Below, piece after piece: positions 1-8,033 of a stretch of DNA of 64,000 bases. The notes beneath the pieces are model-generated. The model did no database searches. It was not told the DNA's origin and saw nothing but the letters and a program-made list of their open reading frames with translations. This DNA comes from Candidatus Nomurabacteria bacterium (GTDB lineage Bacteria > Patescibacteriota > Minisyncoccia > Phycocordibacterales > UBA9973). Both the position numbers and the translations under genes were made by a program. Location of the stretch: the NCBI GenBank assembly GCA_023267215.1, contig JAHFNS010000002.1, positions 256,892 to 320,891 on the forward strand. The letters are read 5' to 3'. Within the stretch, counting starts at the first letter, position 1, and the number at the start of each line of letters is the position of its first letter.

Positions 1-233
1 GGGATGTGGGCTTGGCCGTAGACGCTATAAAGCTAGCACCAAAGCTCGATGCTGTCGTTCTCGTCGCTGGTGATGGAGATTATGTACCAATGGTTGAATA
101 TATACAGAGTTTTGGTACGCAAGTAGAAGCTATTTCATTTGGTAAATCAACTTCAGGCAAACTTCGTGATGCCGTGGATGATTTTATAGATCTTTCCTTG
201 AATCCGAGGAAATATTTAATAGGAATGAAATAA
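1..233 (+). CDS. NYN/LabA-like (DUF88) protein, C-terminal fragment; the 5' end lies outside the window
   Basis: Carries the LVAGDGDY motif typical of the NYN/LabA family, and the ORF is open to the window edge. Confidence 0.5.
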   Translation, partial: DVGLAVDAIKLAPKLDAVVLVAGDGDYVPMVEYIQSFGTQVEAISFGKSTSGKLRDAVDDFIDLSLNPRKYLIGMK

Positions 234-325
234 TTTATAAGTTAATCAGGTTCGTCTTTAGATAGAGATAGTGTCTCACGATATCGTGGACAATACTTTA
301 TTCTGAAGAAGAACCTCGCCCGCCT

Positions 326-2494
326 TTGGTGGGTAATAAAAATATGAATAAGAAAGAATTCAGTGTAGAAATTGGTGGTAAAACATTGACCGCTATTTTC
401 TCAGATTTAGCAGAACAAGCACATGGATCAGTCATGCTTAAATATGGTGACACTATAGTGCTAGCGACAGCTTGTATGTCCAAAGACAAGCAAGCAGGTT
501 TGGGATTTTTTAATCTGACAGTAGACTATGTAGAGAGATTTTATGCTGCTGGAAAGATTTTAGGTTCACGTTTTATGCACAGAGAAGGAAAGCCATCAGA
601 AGATGCTGTCCTTGCTAGTCGTGTTATAGACAGAACCTTGCGTCCACTTTTCGATCAATCTATTCGCCATGCTGTGCAAGTCATCACCACTGTCATATCT
701 ATGGGTGAGGATGACTCTACAATACTTGCAGTAAATGCTGCATCTTTGGCCCTCGCAGTATCAGACATACCATGGGCAGGGCCTATCGGCTGTGTGCGCA
801 TTGGGAAATACGATGACGATAATTTAAAAATAAATCCTGCGCAAATTTTAAGACAAGATGATTCTAAATATAAATACGATCTTACTATCTGTGGTAAAAA
901 TGGAAATATAAATATGATAGAAGCATCAGCTCATCAGACTAGTGAAGATGAACTCGAAGAAGCATTCAAAAAGGCAAGTGAAGAAATAACAAAACTTGAA
1001 GACTTCCAAAAGAAGATAGTTGCTGAGATAGGTGTCGCTAAGAAGGTAATAGAAAAAGAAAAAGTTAGCGATGGATCAGTAAAATTATTTAATGAAAACA
1101 TTTTACCAAAGATGGAAAGTGCACTATTCGCTGGTGCTGGCAAAAAACCCATAGATGAACTTCACAGTGTTTGGAATAAATTGGTGAAAGACACTTACCC
1201 TGACAGGACCGACTTTGCCCCCGAAGATGCTCTCTTTGACGATACAGAAAATGATATGTTGCACGAGAAAGCTATTCACGAAAACAAACGTGCAGACGGT
1301 AGGGCGATGGATGGACTTCGTGCTCTCTATGCACAAGCTGGAGGACTTTCTACAATATTGCATGGTTCTGGAATTTTCTATCGTGGAGGAACTCATGTCC
1401 TATCTGTTCTTACTCTAGGTGGACCAGAAGAGAAACTTTTAGTAGACGGAATGCAATCAAAAATTGAAAAAAGATTTATGCATCATTACAACTTTCCACC
1501 TTACTCAGGTGGAGAAGTAGGCCGTATGGGAAATACAAATCGCAGAGAAGTCGGACACGGAGCACTAGCTGAAAAAGCTTTAGCTATGATATTGCCAAGT
1601 GTCGAAGAATTCCCTTACACTATGCGTATAGTTTCTGAATCAATGGCATCAAATGGTTCTACTTCTCAAGCTTCTATCTGTGCTTCAAGTCTTGCCCTTA
1701 TGGACGGAGGTGTGCCTATAAAAGCACCAGTCGCTGGTATTGCTATGGGTCTCATGATGGAGATGACCTCACCCCAGCCCTCTCCTTATAAAGGAGAGGG
1801 GGAAATTCCAAAATATAAAATTTTGACTGATATCCAAGGACCCGAAGATCATCATGGAGATATGGATTTCAAGGTGGCAGGCACGAGAGATGGCGTCACA
1901 GCTATTCAGCTTGATGTGAAAGTGGAAGGAGTACCAATAAAAATATTAGGTGAAGCCATGAGACAATCCAAAGCCGCTAGACTTTCTATCTTAGATACTA
2001 TAGAAAAAGAAATTCCAAAATCTCGTTCCGAAATTTCTCCAAACGCTCCAAAGATATTGATTATGAAAATCAAACCAGACCAGATAGGTATGGTGATAGG
2101 CGGTGGTGGAAAAACCATTAAGGATATAAAAGAACGTTCAGGTGCAGAAATAACTATTGAAGATGATGGTACAGTATATTTGACAGGGAAAGATGATAAA
2201 GCAGAAAAAGCTAAAAAAATAATAGAAGAAATGACCCATGAGTACAAAGTTGGGGAAGTTTTGAAAGGAGAAGTCGTGAGAATTGCAGACTTTGGAGCTT
2301 TCGTCGCCTTAAATCCTTTTACTGATGGTATGGTGCACATTTCTGAGATGGCCCCATTTCGTGTAGAGCGAGTCATTGATATAATAAAGGATGGCATGAT
2401 AGTGCCAGTGAAGATAATAAAAGTGGACAGAGAACAAGGTAAAATCAGTTTGTCTATCAAAGAAGCCGATCCAAATTTCTTTAAGAAACCTTAG
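326..2494 (+). CDS. pnp: Polyribonucleotide nucleotidyltransferase (PNPase)
   Basis: 722 aa with two RNase PH-like cores (GDMDFKVAGT motif) and C-terminal KH plus S1 domains (GEVLKGEVVRIADFGAFV). An alternative start is at 344. Confidence 0.9.
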   Translation: MVGNKNMNKKEFSVEIGGKTLTAIFSDLAEQAHGSVMLKYGDTIVLATACMSKDKQAGLGFFNLTVDYVERFYAAGKILGSRFMHREGKPSEDAVLASRVIDRTLRPLFDQSIRHAVQVITTVISMGEDDSTILAVNAASLALAVSDIPWAGPIGCVRIGKYDDDNLKINPAQILRQDDSKYKYDLTICGKNGNINMIEASAHQTSEDELEEAFKKASEEITKLEDFQKKIVAEIGVAKKVIEKEKVSDGSVKLFNENILPKMESALFAGAGKKPIDELHSVWNKLVKDTYPDRTDFAPEDALFDDTENDMLHEKAIHENKRADGRAMDGLRALYAQAGGLSTILHGSGIFYRGGTHVLSVLTLGGPEEKLLVDGMQSKIEKRFMHHYNFPPYSGGEVGRMGNTNRREVGHGALAEKALAMILPSVEEFPYTMRIVSESMASNGSTSQASICASSLALMDGGVPIKAPVAGIAMGLMMEMTSPQPSPYKGEGEIPKYKILTDIQGPEDHHGDMDFKVAGTRDGVTAIQLDVKVEGVPIKILGEAMRQSKAARLSILDTIEKEIPKSRSEISPNAPKILIMKIKPDQIGMVIGGGGKTIKDIKERSGAEITIEDDGTVYLTGKDDKAEKAKKIIEEMTHEYKVGEVLKGEVVRIADFGAFVALNPFTDGMVHISEMAPFRVERVIDIIKDGMIVPVKIIKVDREQGKISLSIKEADPNFFKKP
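1767..1806 (+). repeat. Copy of the GC-rich REP-like element (CCTCACCCC..CCCTCTCCTTATAAAGGAGAGGG) embedded in-frame in pnp
   Basis: Near-identical to the intergenic copies at 13473-13546, 14893-14981 and 61691-61786. It encodes the extra TSPQPSPYKGEGEIPK segment just before the conserved LTDIxGxEDHxGDMDFK motif, at the position where E. coli PNPase has only KEGDNYVV. Confidence 0.6.
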
Positions 2495-2499
2495 CTGAT

Positions 2500-2545
2500 T
2501 TCTTAAGCTGGGCTTCTGTCTCCCTAAACCCAGCTTAGGGGAAAG
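2500..2545. repeat. Palindromic intergenic element, CCCAGCTTAGGGG family (CTTAAGCTGGG..CCCAGCTTAGG hairpin)
   Basis: Inverted repeat immediately after the pnp stop. Related copies lie at 4283-4325 and 61425-61468. Confidence 0.55.
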
Positions 2546-2564
2546 TTTTGAGGAGCCAAAATTT

Positions 2565-4280
2565 ATGCAAATCGAAACTAAACAATGCCAGAATTGCAAA
2601 AAAGACTTCATAATAGAAGGAGAAGATTTTAAATTTTATGAAAAGATAAAAGTTCCTCCACCGACTTTTTGTCCGGAATGCAGAATGCAAAGACGTCTGT
2701 CATATAGAAATACTCATTCATTTTATAAAAAGAAAGATAGTTTTTCTGGTAAAGACATTATCTCGGCTTATTCTCCAGATAAAAATCTAGTTGTTATTGA
2801 TAGGAAAACATGGTGGAGCGATGATTGGGATCCGCTTGATTATTGTGCTGATTATGATTTTTCTGAACCATTTTTTTCTCAATGGGCGAAGTTGCGTGAT
2901 AAATTTCCTTTACAAAATCTTATGCAGACGAAGTCTGTAGATAGTGACTATTGTAATGTAGCAGAAGAAAGTAAAGATTGTTATTTAATATCTGCTTCTT
3001 GGAAAAATGAGAGAGTTTTTTATTCTGATGCTATTACAGAAGTAAAAGATTCAATGGATTTGCATGTTGTCCACAGAACACAATTTTCCTATGATGATTT
3101 AGTTTGTGCAGATTCCTATCAGCTTTTCTACAGTCAAGATTCTCATAACTGTGTAAATTCGTATTTTCTTTATGATTGCCGAAATTGCACAGACTGTTTT
3201 ATGTGTTCAAATTTGAGGAGTAAGAGTTATTGTTTTTATAACAAACAGCTAACCAAAGAAGAATATCAGAAAAAAATAAAACAAATGGATTTAGGTAGCC
3301 ATTCTTTTATTCAAGAAAAGAAAAAAGAATTTGAGAATTTAAAACTAAAAGCTATTCATAAGTATGCTCATATTGTAAATTCAAGTAATATATCTGGTGA
3401 TAATATTGTGAATGCAAAGAATTGCCACAATTGTTTTGACTTGATGAGCGAACTCCAAGACTGTAGTTATGCTTTTTGGGGTGTACAGGGTAAGGATATA
3501 TTTGATTGTGGCCCAGGATTTGGAGTTGTCGAATTAATGTATGAAACTTTTGATGCTGGCCCAGGCGGAAAAAATATTTTATTTAGTCATAGTATTCATT
3601 CTTCAGAAAGCGTGGAATACAGTTTTTACTGTCACGACTCTTCCAATCTTTTTGCTTGTTTTGGTCTCCGCTCTAAACAGTATTGCATTTTAAATAAACA
3701 ATACAAGAAAGAAGAATATTTTAAATTGAGAGAAGAAATCATTAAACACATGAATGAAATGCCTTATATTGATAAAAAGGTGAATGCGTATAAATATGGG
3801 GAGTTTTTTCCAGCAGAGCTTGCACCTTTTGCTTATAACGAAACAGTAGCACAAGATTATTTTCCAATGGAGAAAGAAAAAGTTCTTGAAATGGGCTTGT
3901 CTTGGAAAGATTCTGAAACACGTAATTATAAACCGACTCTTTTATCTAAAGATATTCCAGATAATATAAAAAATGTGCCAGACAGCATAAAAAATGAAAT
4001 TATAGAATGTGAACATCAAGGTAAATGTAAAGACCATTGCACTACTGCTTTTAAAATTATTCCAAATGAATTAATCTTTTATCGAAGGTTTAATATTCCA
4101 ATACCGCATCTTTGCTATGGTTGTAGGCATTACGGGAGATTAAAAGAAAGAAATCCGATGAGGCTTTGGCACAGAAAGTGTATGAAAGATGGCTGCACTA
4201 ATGAATTTGAGACTAGCTACTCCCCAGACCGCCCTGAGATTATTTATTGTGAGAGGTGTTATAATCAGGAGGTATATTAA
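2565..4280 (+). CDS. Cysteine-rich (~31 Cys) putative zinc-ribbon protein, hypothetical
   Basis: N- and C-terminal CxxC..CPEC / CYGC..CERC ribbons that resemble each other (F.I..E.FY..I.P.P..C..CR). An internal duplicated motif C..C..LRSK.YC..NKQ..KEEY. Confidence 0.6.
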   Translation: MQIETKQCQNCKKDFIIEGEDFKFYEKIKVPPPTFCPECRMQRRLSYRNTHSFYKKKDSFSGKDIISAYSPDKNLVVIDRKTWWSDDWDPLDYCADYDFSEPFFSQWAKLRDKFPLQNLMQTKSVDSDYCNVAEESKDCYLISASWKNERVFYSDAITEVKDSMDLHVVHRTQFSYDDLVCADSYQLFYSQDSHNCVNSYFLYDCRNCTDCFMCSNLRSKSYCFYNKQLTKEEYQKKIKQMDLGSHSFIQEKKKEFENLKLKAIHKYAHIVNSSNISGDNIVNAKNCHNCFDLMSELQDCSYAFWGVQGKDIFDCGPGFGVVELMYETFDAGPGGKNILFSHSIHSSESVEYSFYCHDSSNLFACFGLRSKQYCILNKQYKKEEYFKLREEIIKHMNEMPYIDKKVNAYKYGEFFPAELAPFAYNETVAQDYFPMEKEKVLEMGLSWKDSETRNYKPTLLSKDIPDNIKNVPDSIKNEIIECEHQGKCKDHCTTAFKIIPNELIFYRRFNIPIPHLCYGCRHYGRLKERNPMRLWHRKCMKDGCTNEFETSYSPDRPEIIYCERCYNQEVY

Positions 4281-4282
4281 TT

Positions 4283-4325
4283 TCCCCTAAGCTCAGCTTA
4301 GGAGACGAAAGCCCAGCTTAGGGGA
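4283..4325. repeat. Palindromic intergenic element, CCCAGCTTAGGGG family
   Basis: CCCCTAAGCTCAGCTTAGG..GCCCAGCTTAGGGG. It contains a perfect 17-bp palindrome, CCTAAGCTCAGCTTAGG. Confidence 0.55.
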
Positions 4326-4333
4326 AGAAAAAT

Positions 4334-5203
4334 ATGGAAGAAAATAAATTAAAAAGTAAAATTGTGGAGACTTACACTGGAGATATGGTGAAGGTTCTTG
4401 AAAGTAATAAAGGAAGTTTAATAAAAAAAATAATTCACGAAGAAGAAGCACACGAAGCAGAAAGTAAAAATTTATCTCCGAAATCAAAGAAAAATAAATT
4501 TTTTATGTTAATTAGTATTACACTTATAATTTTAGCTTTGACCGTATTGCTTTTCTTGGCTTTTTCAAAAGAAAAAATAAATACTGTCTCTATCGAACAG
4601 CAATTTACTTCAATTATTTTTATTGATCAGACAGATTTTAAAGTAATCGATGGATTTAATAAAGAAAAAATAGCTGAAACTGTTTTTAATCAAACCAATG
4701 ATACAAAAGTAAAAATAGGTGGAATTGATGGCATTTATCTAACAGAAAATAATAAAGTAGTGGGTTTTAAAAGATTTAATGAACTTATAAAAAGTAATCT
4801 CGATCTAGAAAAAGTTAACTTATTTGGAGACAATTTTTTATTTGGTGCATTTAAAAATGGATTAAGTTCAATATCACCTAATATCGGAACTCCTTTTATT
4901 TTACTGAAGGTTAAATCTTTTACAGATGTATTTCCAGTAATGAAGATTTGGGAAAATAAAATGTTATATGATTTAGCACAATTTTTTAGAGTAAAGATAA
5001 CCCCAGAAACTAATTATTTATTCACAAAGAATTTTGAAGATGGTGTTGTAGCGAACAAAAATGCAAGGATGCTAAAAGATAAAGATGGAAATATTGTTTT
5101 GATGTATGTGTATGCAGATGATAGTTCTGTTGTTATAACTAACTCTGAAAATGCGGTTAATGAAATAGTTCTACGTTTAAACTCTAGTAAGATAAAGAAA
5201 TAA
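4334..5203 (+). CDS. Hypothetical membrane-anchored protein (single N-terminal TM helix)
   Basis: Hydrophobic segment FFMLISITLIILALTVLLFLAF. No recognisable catalytic motif. Confidence 0.45.
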   Translation: MEENKLKSKIVETYTGDMVKVLESNKGSLIKKIIHEEEAHEAESKNLSPKSKKNKFFMLISITLIILALTVLLFLAFSKEKINTVSIEQQFTSIIFIDQTDFKVIDGFNKEKIAETVFNQTNDTKVKIGGIDGIYLTENNKVVGFKRFNELIKSNLDLEKVNLFGDNFLFGAFKNGLSSISPNIGTPFILLKVKSFTDVFPVMKIWENKMLYDLAQFFRVKITPETNYLFTKNFEDGVVANKNARMLKDKDGNIVLMYVYADDSSVVITNSENAVNEIVLRLNSSKIKK

Positions 5204-5221
5204 AAAACCGTTAGGAGAGGT

Positions 5222-5692
5222 TTAGTGATTTTTATAAATATTTATCAATATTTTATTCAAATCATATAATCCTTTTATTAGGATAATTTTTTTGTGTTTT
5301 AAAATATGATCTTGTTTTAGTATTTTATGTGTTTTTTTATTGTTAGTTATCACGAAATCTATACTTCCTTTTATCATCCAGTCTTTGAGCCAAAGTAATT
5401 GATCGTCCACAAAGATAACAGCTGGTTTATTTGAATTTGCATAATAGCCACATTCCCACGAACAATCTTTTCCAAAATTTGGTAGAACTAATCCGATATC
5501 TGAATTTTTAATTGCCTCTACATCAACGTCAACAACTTTTTGGGAAAAACTTTCATGTTTTTTGTCCCAAGGGTTATGTTCGTGTGGTTTGAATACTTCA
5601 AATATATTTTTATCAAAACTTGAGGCCACTTTATTGTTCCATGGTTGTGCATACTTTGCTATCCTAGCTATTAAATATATTTTTATTTTCAT
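5222..5692 (-). CDS. Nucleoside 2-deoxyribosyltransferase-like (NDT/LOG-fold) protein
   Basis: The motif DCSWECGYYANSNKPAVIFV parallels the NDT catalytic region (GLGMELGYAL..GK.V) and the N-terminal KIYLIA parallels KTIYFGAGWF. The call is low-specificity. Confidence 0.45.
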   Translation of the reverse strand: MKIKIYLIARIAKYAQPWNNKVASSFDKNIFEVFKPHEHNPWDKKHESFSQKVVDVDVEAIKNSDIGLVLPNFGKDCSWECGYYANSNKPAVIFVDDQLLWLKDWMIKGSIDFVITNNKKTHKILKQDHILKHKKIILIKGLYDLNKILINIYKNH

Positions 5693-5812
5693 AACATAAA
5701 AGAATATAACAGTTTATAGTATATTTGTCAATAAATATCCACTATTTATTCAATATTTAACACATAATTTCATTATAAATATATAAAATATAGATAAATT
5801 TGTGGAAAAAGA

Positions 5813-5841
5813 TTGACACAAATTAAGAAAGGCTATATAAT
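5813..5841 (+). promoter_or_regulatory. Consensus sigma70-type promoter TTGACA-N17-TATAAT, 30 nt upstream of the trmB-like gene
   Basis: TTGACA at 5813-5818, a 17-nt spacer, and TATAAT at 5836-5841. Confidence 0.5.
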
Positions 5842-5870
5842 AGAAACGTTACTCATTAATTTTTAATGAA

Positions 5871-6635
5871 ATGATAAAAAAAGAGCAACTTATTGACTTG
5901 GGGTTTGGAGACAAAGAAGCGAGTGTTTATTTGGCTTTACTTGAGCTTGGCCCTTCCACTACCACAGAAATATCAAGACGAGCAGGCATAAATCGCACGA
6001 CTGGATATGATATTTTGGAATCTTTAGCAAGTGATGGATTGATTAATCCAATTAGGGATACAAAAATTCAGAAATACTCAGCAGAAAACCCAGAGAAAGT
6101 CATTTCTTTTTTAGAAAATAAAATAAAACAGACTGAAGAAAAATTAAAACAGGCACATTTGTTGTTGCCAGAGCTTCTTTCTGTCTTTAATGTGAAAGAA
6201 AAACCAAAAGTTAAATTTTTTGAAGGAATTGAGAGAGTGAAAGAAGCATTTGAAGATACCTTAAATACAAAAAGAGAAATATTAGCTTATGCTGTCGGTG
6301 CTGACATGTTTGAAACTGTCGGGCGCGAATATTTTAAAGAATATACCAGAAAAAAGGTAGAAAAAAATATTCATGTTAAAGTAATTGCTCCAGATGATGA
6401 GGAAAGTAGGGAGGTTGTCTCTAGGGATGCTCTGGAATTAAGGGAATCTGTGCTTATACCAAAAGAAAAATTTTACTTTACAACAGAAATCAACATCTAC
6501 AACAATAAAATGATTATTATTTCTTGGAAAGAAAAATTTGCTGTGATTGTAGAAAGTGAAGAAATTGCCAACGCACAAAGAAGAGTTTTTGATCTCGCGT
6601 GGCTAGGGGCAAAACAGTTGTCAAATAGGAGTTAA
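5871..6635 (+). CDS. TrmB-family (winged-HTH) transcriptional regulator
   Basis: N-terminal HTH ASVYLALLELGPSTTTEISRRAGINRTTGYDILESL, typical of TrmB. Confidence 0.6.
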   Translation: MIKKEQLIDLGFGDKEASVYLALLELGPSTTTEISRRAGINRTTGYDILESLASDGLINPIRDTKIQKYSAENPEKVISFLENKIKQTEEKLKQAHLLLPELLSVFNVKEKPKVKFFEGIERVKEAFEDTLNTKREILAYAVGADMFETVGREYFKEYTRKKVEKNIHVKVIAPDDEESREVVSRDALELRESVLIPKEKFYFTTEINIYNNKMIIISWKEKFAVIVESEEIANAQRRVFDLAWLGAKQLSNRS

Positions 6636-6671
6636 TATTTTGGATTTTAGAAATTGTAGTATAATAAATTT

Positions 6672-7514
6672 ATGAAAACTGAAATAATAAAATCACTTGT
6701 AAATAATTTTGAATCCTATGCTCACAAAACTAATGAAGGGATAGAGTTTTGGTTAGCTAGAGATTTACAGCAACTTTTGGGTTATAGGAAATGGGATAAC
6801 TTTTTAACTGTTATTACTAAAGCAAAAACAGCTTGTGAAATAACGGGGCATAAAGTTACCGATCATTTTGCCGACGTCGGGAAAACGATCCAAATGCCCA
6901 AAGGGGCACAAAAAGAGATTCAAGATTTAATGCTTACTAGGTATGCTTGTTATCTTATTGCTCAGAATGGAGATTCTAGAAAAGAAGAAATTGCTTTTGC
7001 CCAAAATTATTTTGCTATTCAAGCTAGAAAGTTTGAAGTAATTGAGAAAAGAATACAAGAATTTGAAAGAGTTAGGGCTAGACATAAATTAATTGAAACA
7101 GAAAAAGAATTATCTAGTGTTATTTATCAACAAACAAAAAATGATAAAAATTTTGGATTAATTCGTAGTAAAGGAGATAAAGCCTTATTTGGATATACAA
7201 CTCAAGAAATGAAAAGTCGGCTAAAAGTTCCTAGCAGTCGTGCTCTAGCAGATTTTCAACCGACTATATTATTAAAAGCCAAAGACTTTGCTACAGAAAT
7301 AACCATTTTTAATACAAAAAATAAAGGATTAAAAACTGAACAGGCAATTTCAGAAGAGCATATTATAAACAACAGAAGTGTTCGGAAAACTTTAATTAGT
7401 CGTGGTATTCGTCCAGAAATTTTACCTGCCGAAGAAGATATAAAAAAAGTTGAAAGGAAAATTGAATCTGAAAATAAAAAAAGTTTAAAAAAACCAGACA
7501 AATTGAAAACCTAG
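6672..7514 (+). CDS. dinD: DNA-damage-inducible protein D-like (Bro-N domain)
   Basis: The N-terminal half aligns with E. coli DinD: FWLARDL..LGYRKWDNF..AKTACE.TGH...DHF...GAQKE..D..LTRYACYLIAQNGD...IAFAQNYFAIQ. Confidence 0.7.
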   Translation: MKTEIIKSLVNNFESYAHKTNEGIEFWLARDLQQLLGYRKWDNFLTVITKAKTACEITGHKVTDHFADVGKTIQMPKGAQKEIQDLMLTRYACYLIAQNGDSRKEEIAFAQNYFAIQARKFEVIEKRIQEFERVRARHKLIETEKELSSVIYQQTKNDKNFGLIRSKGDKALFGYTTQEMKSRLKVPSSRALADFQPTILLKAKDFATEITIFNTKNKGLKTEQAISEEHIINNRSVRKTLISRGIRPEILPAEEDIKKVERKIESENKKSLKKPDKLKT

Positions 7515-7558
7515 CAATTTTTAGTTGCTTTTTGGAATTAAAGTGCTAGGCTTTAAGG

Positions 7559-7915
7559 ATGTTAGACAAAAAGAAAATTAAAGAAAATTTAGAAAAAGAA
7601 CGAGATATGCTTCTTGAGCAAATTCGTGATATTGGTAAATTAAATGAAGAGACGAACGAATGGGAAGCTGTCCCTGAAGAAAGAGAATCTAGAGAATCAG
7701 ACCAAAATGATATGGCTGATAGATTTGAAGATTTTGAAGCGCGAAGTATCATGATAAAAACTTTGGAGTCAAGATTAAATAATATTTTAAGTTCATTAAA
7801 AGGGTTGAATAAAGAATCTTTCGGCAAATGTGAAGTTTGTAAAAAAGATATTGAGATGGATCGAATGAAAGTGAATCCAGCAGCTAAAACGTGCAAGAAG
7901 CACTTGAATGGGTAG
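7559..7915 (+). CDS. DksA/TraR-family C4 zinc-finger protein
   Basis: C-terminal CEVCKKDIEMDRMKVNPAAKTCKKH four-Cys finger and a coiled-coil N-terminus. Confidence 0.6.
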   Translation: MLDKKKIKENLEKERDMLLEQIRDIGKLNEETNEWEAVPEERESRESDQNDMADRFEDFEARSIMIKTLESRLNNILSSLKGLNKESFGKCEVCKKDIEMDRMKVNPAAKTCKKHLNG

Positions 7916-8033
7916 TTAAATAAGTAAAAAAATCACAGAAATCAAAAATTTTTGAGCCTTCGCCCTCGGGGACATAAGGACAGGGGACCAACACGACTCT
8001 TAAAATTTTTATTTCTGTAATTTTTGTAAAATT

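Noticed and set aside
7916-8033. GC-rich patch GCCCTCGGGGACATAAGGACAGGGG as another REP-like copy
   Set aside because: It contains only a short CCCTCGGGG half-site. It does not align convincingly to either palindromic family, and it may simply be part of the comM promoter or leader.
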